64,000 nucleotides of DNA from assembly GCA_041389025.1 (NCBI GenBank), contig JAWKSP010000002.1, positions 105,279 to 169,278 on the forward strand, in the 5' to 3' direction. The stretch is from Minisyncoccota bacterium. Its GTDB lineage: Bacteria > Patescibacteriota > Minisyncoccia > Phycocordibacterales > UBA918. Below are positions 56,015 to 64,000 of this stretch, piece after piece. The notes under the pieces were generated by a model, which was not told the origin of the DNA, searched no databases, and saw only the letters and a list, made by a program, of their open reading frames with translations. Within the stretch, counting starts at the first letter, position 1. Each line of letters begins with the position of its first letter. A program made the translations under genes and the position numbers.

Positions 56015-56766
56015 CCAATCATCCCTTCTCTATCTGAAGATAAGTAATATCGATACTGACCAGCCTCCACCACACCACCACACCGATCAGTCTCAACAGA
56101 ATCATTTAATCCATAAATCGGAAAGCCATCAAGCGCGTACCCAACCAGAGTTTCTTTACCGAAAATACCATATACGCCTTGCTCATCATTTCTAATCAAT
56201 GAGCCATCAAGCGCAATACCAACGATATCATTAGCTAAACATTTTTTAGAAGCAAGAGGCATAGTCCGCACCGGTAACTGAAGAACTATATTTTTTCCAC
56301 CAACCATTACAGAATCAACATCAGAATTTTCTACTTCTTTATAAATAATCCTTGCTCCTTCGACCACTTCAAACTTAAGATTGTATGGAGACCAACTAAC
56401 AAACATATCAGAATAACCAACACAAGTATCAATAGATGCCTGACCTCCTATCAAATCATTATCCAAAGCTTCATCTTTATCGTTCACATCCTCTACATCA
56501 TTTTCTATATCAGAAGCTATAACACTAGCCAGATTACTATTTAAATCCAACTTAGCAATTTTTTTGGTTAAATCTTTCAACCTTTCTGACCTTTTATCTG
56601 GTTCTTTTTCTGGTAAAACTGCTTCATAAATAACTTCATCAGTTTTATTAAAAGTTTTCTCTTCAGAAAATACTTTTGTACCACCATCTTCTACCGTAAT
56701 TGTAATTGCCAACACTAAAAAACCAACCGTCAACAAAAATAACAAAAAATCACGAGTTCTTACCAT
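55984..56766 (-). CDS. Secreted protein with a C-terminal YHYH-like domain (variant YRYY).
   Basis: Signal/TM, then ...GYALDGFPIYG...DRCGGVVEAGQYRYYLSSD..GCYSG resembles the YHYH family pattern. Confidence 0.45.
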   Translation of the reverse strand: MVRTRDFLLFLLTVGFLVLAITITVEDGGTKVFSEEKTFNKTDEVIYEAVLPEKEPDKRSERLKDLTKKIAKLDLNSNLASVIASDIENDVEDVNDKDEALDNDLIGGQASIDTCVGYSDMFVSWSPYNLKFEVVEGARIIYKEVENSDVDSVMVGGKNIVLQLPVRTMPLASKKCLANDIVGIALDGSLIRNDEQGVYGIFGKETLVGYALDGFPIYGLNDSVETDRCGGVVEAGQYRYYLSSDREGMIGCYSGLPVNL

Positions 56767-56796
56767 ACTTAAGTCACATAATAACAGAAAAAGCTG

Positions 56797-58131
56797 TTAT
56801 TGTTTATTTGTGTCCACTTTTTTCTTACGAGAAGCCACTTTAATCTCTACCAATTGTTCTACCCGCCTAATATCAGCTAAAAGTTTGGAGTGATCCTTGT
56901 TGTTTAAAATTAGATTGAATACTGAACGACCACCATTTCTCGCAAAAACAGCTCTGTCACCAATCTTCTTATTCACATCAATTCCATGAAAAGAATCTAG
57001 TTGTTCAATCTTTTTAATACCTTTCATTTCTACGATTTTTCCTTCTTCTTTAGCAAACCATTTCATGGCACATGCATAACTGTTACATTTTTTTGGCACA
57101 TTAACCTTTTGCGGAATCCGGTTCAGCATATCATTTAAATAATGGTTAATACCACAAGTCAAACTATACAAAGTATGCCTAAAACCACCAATTCGCGCGC
57201 CGATTTCTACCACCTTCCAATCATCATCAACTTTCATCAACTCAGTATGGGTTATAGTGTTACGCAAACCAAGAGCATGAATAGCTTTTTTAGCTGTTTC
57301 TTCTGCTCTTTCTACCGTGGTCTTTTTTAAAATTGGTGGAGTAATTTGTAGATAGCCATAAAAGTCATCATGTCCAATTTTTTTACCAGTTACCACTTTT
57401 ACCAATGGACAATGTTCGACTCGCCCGCGTGGACCAACATAAGAATCAATTGAATACATATCACCGTCCATATATTCTTCAGCAATTAACTTTGGTTCCT
57501 CAACTCGTTTATCATTTTCGTAAGCTTTGCGCAATTTCTTAAAAGTTGAACGCAACGACTTTTCAAGATCTTCTTCATGGTAACAAATAGACACCAAAAG
57601 GCTACCAGCCATGTTAGTTGGCTTAATAATCATTGGAAAACCGATTTTCTTTATAACTCTCTGTCGCTCAACTTTTGTATTATTTTTTATTAGAGTGAAC
57701 TTAGGTGTAATACTTGGATCATACAGGTTCATTCGCCGACGCATCATATACTTATCGCTGGCCCAGCGAAGGGATTCTGTAGTTGGTGTGTAGATATAAG
57801 GCACATGTGGTAAAACTTCTGCAAAACGGGCCATGCCTTGCTCACGCCTACAATTTATAGCTAATAATTGATTTTGATAAGGAAGTAAAGCTTTAGCAAT
57901 TTCATCTGGTTTAGAAAAATCAACCTGAATAGAAATATCATTTTCACCTAAACCTCTTACTAGATCACTGTCTTTTTTTAGTCGACTATCCCAAATCGAC
58001 ATTATTCTACAACTATTTCCAGTTAGTTTTTCGTATTCTTTTACATTTCTTATAACGACTGGAGTTATCCCCATCACAAAAGCAAAAATATTCTTTTCAA
58101 CCAGCTTATCATCGTTTGTTTCTTCAGACAT
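56797..58131 (-). CDS. ATP-grasp-domain ligase.
   Basis: KIGFPMIIKPTNMAGSLLVS, AEEYMDGDMYSID and HTELMKV..DWKVVEIGARIGG are ATP-grasp B/C-domain motifs. Confidence 0.6.
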   Translation of the reverse strand: MSEETNDDKLVEKNIFAFVMGITPVVIRNVKEYEKLTGNSCRIMSIWDSRLKKDSDLVRGLGENDISIQVDFSKPDEIAKALLPYQNQLLAINCRREQGMARFAEVLPHVPYIYTPTTESLRWASDKYMMRRRMNLYDPSITPKFTLIKNNTKVERQRVIKKIGFPMIIKPTNMAGSLLVSICYHEEDLEKSLRSTFKKLRKAYENDKRVEEPKLIAEEYMDGDMYSIDSYVGPRGRVEHCPLVKVVTGKKIGHDDFYGYLQITPPILKKTTVERAEETAKKAIHALGLRNTITHTELMKVDDDWKVVEIGARIGGFRHTLYSLTCGINHYLNDMLNRIPQKVNVPKKCNSYACAMKWFAKEEGKIVEMKGIKKIEQLDSFHGIDVNKKIGDRAVFARNGGRSVFNLILNNKDHSKLLADIRRVEQLVEIKVASRKKKVDTNKQ

Positions 58132-58262
58132 AAAAATTATTTGAAATTGAAAATTATTTGTATCTATTCAATCTTCACAATGTCAAACAGCATACTATAA
58201 ATTTAAGCAAAATATCTTTACAGTACAAAACAAAATAAAATCAAGACTTGACTTTTAAAACA

Positions 58263-58958
58263 TTATCCACCCGTTTCAGTACCATTCGGTAAACTAAATT
58301 CCACCTCCGGATTTACAAGATCTTCAATCGTACTAGCTAGTTGATCAAACGATATACCGGACACAACTTCACCGTTTATTACAAAAGTTGGAGTAGCATT
58401 TATACCAAGAGAGCGACCTTCATTGAGCTCTGATCGGACTTTATCCTTAATCAAAGATGATTTCATATGCTGCTCAAAAAGCTCAACGTTCAAACTTAAC
58501 TCTTCAGCATATTCCTCGAAATCACCGGTAGGGTTCAAGCTGTTTTTCCAGCTATTTTGATTCTCAAACAGAAGATCGTGAAATTCATAAAACTTATCTT
58601 GCTGACCAGCTGCTTCCGCTGCTCTAGCCGCTATTTCAGCTGAGGGATGAATCGGTAAAGGAAAATGTTTATATTCAAATCTTACCTGATCACCATATTT
58701 ATCCATAATATCGGAAACTACCGGAAACCAACTGGCACAAGCCGGACATTCAAAATCACTAAACTCAACTAAAGTTATATTGGCATCAGGATTACCTTTT
58801 ATATATTCCTTAGTAACATCGACTCCTTCATCATAATTTTTACTAACACTATTAGAATAAATAATAGAGCCACCAACTAAAACTACCGCTACTAGCCCAA
58901 CCACTGTCCATGCATTTTTCATATGACTATAATAATAACATAACATTTTCAGCGGCAA
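58263..58958 (-). CDS. DsbA-like thiol:disulfide oxidoreductase, membrane-anchored.
   Basis: N-terminal TM. CxxC in VEFSDFECPACASWFP. DsbA-like fold length. Confidence 0.8.
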   Translation of the reverse strand: MPLKMLCYYYSHMKNAWTVVGLVAVVLVGGSIIYSNSVSKNYDEGVDVTKEYIKGNPDANITLVEFSDFECPACASWFPVVSDIMDKYGDQVRFEYKHFPLPIHPSAEIAARAAEAAGQQDKFYEFHDLLFENQNSWKNSLNPTGDFEEYAEELSLNVELFEQHMKSSLIKDKVRSELNEGRSLGINATPTFVINGEVVSGISFDQLASTIEDLVNPEVEFSLPNGTETGG

Positions 58959-59025
58959 ACAACTTTCTCCTACCCACCAGTAAAGTTAGAGTCTGTCAAA
59001 ATTTTTTGGTAAACTTAAAAATATT

Positions 59026-61671
59026 ATGGACAATATAAAACTTTCTGAACATCCGTGGACAATTGAACCAAATGAGTTAGAAAAACACTTTAAAACCAAT
59101 ATTGAAAAAGGTTTAGATAATAAAGAGGTTGAACAAAGGTTAAAATTTTATGGCAGCAATGAGTTTACAGAAAATAAAAGTCGTGGTGCATTTGGTATTT
59201 TTTTTCACCAATTAAATAATCCTCTCATTATTGTTCTTATCATAGCTGTCGGCCTAACCATCTATCTAAATGAATGGGTTGACGCAACAGTAATTGCTTT
59301 AGCTGTCATTATCAATGCACTTTTAGGTTTTATTCAAGAATACAAAGCTGAGAGAGCTATTGCTGACTTAAAGTCCTATGTTCGCGACCGAGTCAGAGTA
59401 GTTAGAGATGGAGTAGAACATGAAATTGATGCTAAATTATTAGTACCAGGTGATCTTATTCACGTCGTTCGTGGTACCAGAATATCAGCTGACGCCAGAA
59501 TAATTCAAGAAACTAACTTAACTGTTGACGAATCTCTTTTAACCGGTGAATCATTACCCGAAACAAAGTCAACAGAGACGATCCCAGAAACCACCCTTTT
59601 AGCCGACCGTACCAACATGATTTATGCTGGCACCCTAACAGTTGATGGTTCAGCTTATGCTTTGGTTACCAAAACCGGTAACCATACCGAGATTGGTAAA
59701 TTAGCTTATTTAGTATCAGAAACTATTACTGAAAAAACTCCTTTACAAAAAGCAGTTGAGAAACTGACCTGGGTGATAATGATAGTAATTTCTTTGGTAG
59801 TTTTAGCGGTTTTTGGGGTCGGAGTAATGCAAGATCAACCAGTATATGAAATGTTGTTGATTTCTATTGCTATTATTGTTGGCGCAGTACCGGAATCATT
59901 ACCGATTGGCATAACTTCAGTCTTGGCTATCGGGGTTGGTAGAATTGCCAAAAAACGTGGCATTATGCGCAGCCTAACCGCCGCAGAAACACTTGGTTCT
60001 ACCACTCTTATCATGACTGACAAAACCGGTACCTTAACCCAAGCGGACATGCAATTAGTCGATATCACAACTCTGTCTGATCTATCAGAAAAACCGGTAC
60101 CCACTACCATCAGAGAGCGTTACTCCGGCGAACAAAAAGAACTTCTGACGATGGCTTTATGTTCTTCTGATGTAGTTATAGAAAACGATGAAGATGACCC
60201 AAGGAACTGGGAAATGTCCGGCTCAATACTTGAAAAAAATATTGTAAAAAGTGCAGCTCTGCACGGTCTTCGTTTAACCAGAGATGACCGAGCGAATAAT
60301 CAAGTCCGTATTCCATTCAATTCAAAACATAAGTTTTCAGTTATAAAAATTAATAAAGAATTTTTACCAAAAAAGTACGCTAAAGATAATTTTCATGTAG
60401 TGATGGGCGCTCCCGACATACTGCTTGGACTATCTAAAATGGATAAAGAAATTTTTCACAAAACTACCGACACCATCACACAAATGAGCGAAAATGGGCG
60501 ACGACTACTAGGTTTAGCTGTTATTAATTTATCAGAAAAACAAAACGATTTAAAACCAAAAGATATTACTGAGTTAGATTTTCTTGGAGTTTTGTCTTTT
60601 TACGACCCAATTAGACCGGAAGTGAAAGACGCCTTACAAAAAATTTATTCTTATGGCGTAAAAGTAGTAATGGCTACTGGTGATTTACCTGGCACAGCAC
60701 TAAATGTTGCTAAAGAAGCCGGTTTTATAGTCGATGAAAAATCAGTTTTAACCGGAAAAGAAATTAGACAACTAAATGACAAGGAACTGACCGAATCCCT
60801 TTCTTACGCTAAAATTTTTGCTCGAGTTACTCCTGAAGACAAGTTAAGAATAGTTAGACTATACCAAAATCAAGGCGAAATAGTGGCCATGACCGGTGAT
60901 GGAGTAAATGATTCACCTTCCTTAAAAGCTGCCAACATTGGTGTAGCTGTTGGATCTGGTAGTGATGTTGCTAAAAGTGTAGCTGATTTGGTATTACTAG
61001 ATGATAACTTCCAAACCATTGTTGCCACCATTGAAGAAGGTAAAAGAATGTTGGTAAACATTAAGAAAATCTTTGTTTATCTGATGTCTAACTCACTGGA
61101 TGAAGTGGTTTTAATTGGTGGTGCTATTTTGTCTGGTTTTGCCTTACCATTATCTGCTATTCAGATTATTTGGGTAAATCTATTTACCGGTAGTATACCA
61201 GCCATTGCTTACGCTTTTGATCGTCAACCGGTACCGAAAGACAATCACGCTTCTCGCTCCTTTTTTGACGGACCAGTGAAATTCTTAACTATCGGCACTG
61301 GCATTGTCACTTCACTTTTATTGTTTTTGCTTTATGTGGTTTTAATTGAACTTGGAATAGAAATTGAGGTAGCACAAAATGTTGTCTTTGCTTGTTTTGG
61401 TTCGTACATATTACTAATAGCTTTTTCTTTTAGAAACCTAAATTTACCACTTTTTAAGTATTCTTTAACTGAAAATAAAATTTTACTTTATGGAGTAATT
61501 GGTGGGTTGATTCTACTTTTGGCTACACTATATGTGCCATTTTTACAAAACATTTTTGACACTGAAGCTCTTAGTTTACCTTGGCTAATATTTGTAATAT
61601 TTTGGCTTATCCTTAACGTTGCGATTATCGAAGGTGCTAAATGGATTTCTTACACTTACTTGAAAAAGTAG
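59026..61671 (+). CDS. P-type cation-transporting ATPase (type II, Ca2+/Mg2+-like).
   Basis: Phosphorylation motif DKTGTLT. TGD. GDGVNDSPSLKAANIGVA. Ten TM helices. Confidence 0.9.
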   Translation: MDNIKLSEHPWTIEPNELEKHFKTNIEKGLDNKEVEQRLKFYGSNEFTENKSRGAFGIFFHQLNNPLIIVLIIAVGLTIYLNEWVDATVIALAVIINALLGFIQEYKAERAIADLKSYVRDRVRVVRDGVEHEIDAKLLVPGDLIHVVRGTRISADARIIQETNLTVDESLLTGESLPETKSTETIPETTLLADRTNMIYAGTLTVDGSAYALVTKTGNHTEIGKLAYLVSETITEKTPLQKAVEKLTWVIMIVISLVVLAVFGVGVMQDQPVYEMLLISIAIIVGAVPESLPIGITSVLAIGVGRIAKKRGIMRSLTAAETLGSTTLIMTDKTGTLTQADMQLVDITTLSDLSEKPVPTTIRERYSGEQKELLTMALCSSDVVIENDEDDPRNWEMSGSILEKNIVKSAALHGLRLTRDDRANNQVRIPFNSKHKFSVIKINKEFLPKKYAKDNFHVVMGAPDILLGLSKMDKEIFHKTTDTITQMSENGRRLLGLAVINLSEKQNDLKPKDITELDFLGVLSFYDPIRPEVKDALQKIYSYGVKVVMATGDLPGTALNVAKEAGFIVDEKSVLTGKEIRQLNDKELTESLSYAKIFARVTPEDKLRIVRLYQNQGEIVAMTGDGVNDSPSLKAANIGVAVGSGSDVAKSVADLVLLDDNFQTIVATIEEGKRMLVNIKKIFVYLMSNSLDEVVLIGGAILSGFALPLSAIQIIWVNLFTGSIPAIAYAFDRQPVPKDNHASRSFFDGPVKFLTIGTGIVTSLLLFLLYVVLIELGIEIEVAQNVVFACFGSYILLIAFSFRNLNLPLFKYSLTENKILLYGVIGGLILLLATLYVPFLQNIFDTEALSLPWLIFVIFWLILNVAIIEGAKWISYTYLKK

Positions 61672-61720
61672 CGCCGTGTTTTTTTGCATATATTTGTTTT
61701 TTGTGTTCTAATACTGACAA

Positions 61721-62464
61721 ATGGCCATAAAACCAAATTTTACTCACAAAAAAAAGCGCAAAAAACACGGCGCTACTTTTTGGGATGCTGAATACACCAA
61801 GCCGGAGCACTTAAAGTTATCCGAAAAACCTAGTGAAGATTTAGAAAAATTTACTCGTTGGCTAATACGCAGAAAACGTGAAGATATTCTTTCAAACGAT
61901 GCTAATGTTCTTGATGTTGGCTGTGGTAATGGACGAAACTTAGTATTTCTAGTGGAAAATTTTGGCCTAAAAGGTATCGGTTATGATATTTCAACTGCCG
62001 CTATTGCCCAAGCAATAGCAATGTCAAAAGGCTTACCAATAAAATATACCGCTAGAAGCATAGCCGGAGATTTAGAAATAGAAAATGAATCACAAGATCT
62101 AGTTTTGGATATGATGACTTCTCACTTTTTAAATCAAGACGAACGACTGACATTGCGCGATGAAATATTTAAAATATTAAAACCAGGTGGTTTTTTATTT
62201 ATTAAAACCTTTCTAAAGGATAAAGATTTACATACAGAAAGATTGATAAAGAGTCGCCCTGGTACCGAAGACAGTTCATATATACATCCAGTCATGGGTG
62301 TACAAGAATATGTATATAGTGAAGAAGAACTAACTGATTTTCTTTCAGAAAAATTTATAATCCACAAAATCTATCGCTCACATAAACACGCTTTTCGTGG
62401 TCGAGCCCGCAAGCGTCGCACTATAACCATATACGCAGAAAAACCTTTTATTAGACACAAATAG
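61721..62464 (+). CDS. Class I SAM-dependent methyltransferase.
   Basis: Motif I VLDVGCGNGRN and post-I acidic residue context. Confidence 0.75.
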   Translation: MAIKPNFTHKKKRKKHGATFWDAEYTKPEHLKLSEKPSEDLEKFTRWLIRRKREDILSNDANVLDVGCGNGRNLVFLVENFGLKGIGYDISTAAIAQAIAMSKGLPIKYTARSIAGDLEIENESQDLVLDMMTSHFLNQDERLTLRDEIFKILKPGGFLFIKTFLKDKDLHTERLIKSRPGTEDSSYIHPVMGVQEYVYSEEELTDFLSEKFIIHKIYRSHKHAFRGRARKRRTITIYAEKPFIRHK

Positions 62465-62484
62465 TTAATCCTTAATTATTAAAA

Positions 62485-63204
62485 CTAAGGTAAGACAATT
62501 CCTGCTTGTGGATCTTCATAAATAGTGCCGTATTCCATACCAGTGTTTACAATCTGCCCAAAATCAGTAAATAATATATCTGTCGGCGGCTCGAAAATAC
62601 TACCATCAATTGAAGTCCATTTTTTACAATTATACTTAACCTTTTCATCGCTAGGTATCGATTCTTTAAACCCAATACCCTCTTGCTCTTTAGACATATT
62701 AATATCTGCTACACTGGCTTTTATTCCATATTTTTGTCCCTCCAATTCAGACCACATATAAACCATTTCACTATTATTAATTATTGATGAGACTATTCCA
62801 TCTGGTAAAACAAAGTCTCCGCGAGATCGACCATTACTAGTAAAATAAGTTCCTTGCACCACTGTCTCGTCAGTTGGCTCTGTGTAAGTAATTGTACATT
62901 CTAAGTTCTCGTTTCGAGCCAATATATCAGTTAGGCTATCACTACCAACAATGTTTTGTGACTCTTCTTCTATTTGCAGAGGTGGTTGGTTATTGTTATC
63001 TTTCAAATCATTTTGATCACCAGTCTCATCTACGTCAAGTAAGATAGCTATAAAAATTACAACCAAACCAATCAATATCAAACTTCCTAGGGTTATTTTC
63101 TTACTTTTTAAATTGTACAAATTCATGCGACTATTATAGCTTATTAGATACTGAATTTGTGATCTTGTTTTTTTGTAAAAATGTTGTATTCTGTCGAAAG
63201 ACAA
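62485..63204 (-). CDS. Hypothetical secreted protein. The likely start is the internal Met at about 63126.
   Basis: TM/signal LGSLILIGLVVIFIAIL. Confidence 0.45.
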   Translation of the reverse strand: MSFDRIQHFYKKTRSQIQYLISYNSRMNLYNLKSKKITLGSLILIGLVVIFIAILLDVDETGDQNDLKDNNNQPPLQIEEESQNIVGSDSLTDILARNENLECTITYTEPTDETVVQGTYFTSNGRSRGDFVLPDGIVSSIINNSEMVYMWSELEGQKYGIKASVADINMSKEQEGIGFKESIPSDEKVKYNCKKWTSIDGSIFEPPTDILFTDFGQIVNTGMEYGTIYEDPQAGIVLP

Positions 63205-63222
63205 TTTAAAGAGGTGTTTGCC

Positions 63223-64000
63223 GTGAGTAAAATATCACATGTAAAAACTCAGATGAATTTATTGAGATGTAATACCAAATTCATAAGAGCAGTTGAGTTG
63301 TTGTCACACAAATACAACGTCAAAGGGCGTTTTATAAGAAAGATTTTGCTGTTAGAGATTCGAATTCTTATCAGACAGTTTGATGAAGCTTCATTAAGTG
63401 ATCTAAACATACAAAATAAACTCCTTTGCGTATTACTTTGGAGAAATGTATGTAAAGAGATCGAACTAATACAAGCAAAAGCACTTTCATGTACAGATCC
63501 ACTAACCGGTCTTCCCAACAGAAGATCCACCAATTCAATACTTGATAAATCTATAAAAAAAGTTATTAGGTCAAGACATAAGAAGTCCAAAAAACCGAAA
63601 CTTCTATACCTAATGACTATAGATATAGATCACTTTAAAAATTTTAACGACACATACGGACACGAAGTTGGTGATAGGGTTCTGGTCTTGGTAGCAAAGA
63701 CTTTAAATAGCTTAACCAGAGTAGAAGACCATTGTGGAAGGTATGGTGGCGAAGAATTTATCATGTCGGTTATGTTAGATCCTTGCGATAATACAAATAT
63801 CGCAACGATTGCTAAAAGGATATTGAGTAACATATCTAGTCTCAACCTTCACAAAAAAGGTATTGATGACAAAATAACCGTCAGCATAGGAGTGAGTGCT
63901 TATGCGGATGGTGACACACCAGAAGATCTAAAAAGTCGTTCTGACAAAGCACTTTATCAAGCCAAGAAAAATGGACGAAATTGTTTTGTTTTTTATGACA
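63223..64000 (+). CDS. GGDEF-domain diguanylate cyclase (partial; 3' end off window).
   Basis: Hand translation of the + strand from GTG at 63223 (RBS AAAGAGGTG). The alternative ATG is at 63253. Motifs: DPLTGLPNRRS, DIDHFKNFNDTYGHEVGDRVL, RYGGEEF (the GGEEF active site) and DKALYQAKKNGRNC. The minus-strand track ORFs 63249..63590 and 63630..63845 are antisense artefacts. Confidence 0.8.
   Translation, partial: MSKISHVKTQMNLLRCNTKFIRAVELLSHKYNVKGRFIRKILLLEIRILIRQFDEASLSDLNIQNKLLCVLLWRNVCKEIELIQAKALSCTDPLTGLPNRRSTNSILDKSIKKVIRSRHKKSKKPKLLYLMTIDIDHFKNFNDTYGHEVGDRVLVLVAKTLNSLTRVEDHCGRYGGEEFIMSVMLDPCDNTNIATIAKRILSNISSLNLHKKGIDDKITVSIGVSAYADGDTPEDLKSRSDKALYQAKKNGRNCFVFYD

Noticed and set aside
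63249-63845. Two minus-strand ORFs, 63249..63590 and 63630..63845, in the provided track.
   Set aside because: They lie antisense to a clearly recognisable + strand GGDEF diguanylate cyclase (GGEEF, DIDHFK, RYGGEEF) that runs off the window.
1-64000. Search for CRISPR arrays, rRNA genes, and UGA-as-Gly recoding.
   Set aside because: No regularly spaced direct repeats or rRNA-like segments were seen. TGA-terminated ORFs have conserved full-length products, so table 11 fits.

Overview
This is an AT-rich (about 35% GC) bacterial chromosomal segment, densely packed and mostly transcribed on the minus strand. Clearly recognisable housekeeping genes are groES-groEL, typA/bipA, secG, rnj (RNase J), htrA, htpX, lemA, an RluB/RsuA-type pseudouridine synthase, an OppA-type substrate-binding protein, a P-type ATPase, an ECF sigma factor with a putative anti-sigma factor, a umuD/umuC pair and one tRNA-Ser(GGA). 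The rest is dominated by secreted and cell-surface proteins.

The main find is a five-gene minus-strand cluster at about 24.8-32.6 kb. It encodes an archaeal/ER-type (SipW-like) signal peptidase fused in frame to a TasA-like module. Four paralogous secreted proteins follow it. Three carry SipW-cognate (TasA/camelysin-type) signal peptides of the form GTGAFFSDTETS..N.FTAG..DL; the fourth has the shared core but an atypical N-terminus. Their C-terminal add-ons differ: a vWA domain, parallel beta-helix repeats, a beta-sandwich domain, and a duplicated His/Asp/Asn-rich module. The cluster also shows recent gene-conversion tracts and a conserved leader element that contains a palindrome. I read this as a SipW/TasA-like surface-fibre system with adhesin modules, which I do not recall being described outside Bacillus-type loci.

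Other things worth a second look:
- an adjacent cohesin/dockerin gene pair with an Hsp20 gene between them;
- a WxL-like / DUF916-like / small membrane protein / ABC exporter operon;
- an IS200/IS605 element whose tnpA is broken by an in-frame TAA and which keeps its end hairpins;
- a GH18 gene sitting between umuD and umuC;
- a GH-A / DMT permease / GH1 sugar cluster;
- a possible frameshift at an A6 run in front of a small sorting-signal-like ORF.

Both window edges cut through genes: an acidic secreted protein at the 5' edge and a GGDEF diguanylate cyclase at the 3' edge. The standard genetic code (table 11) fits the data. No CRISPR array, rRNA or CIRCE element was seen.
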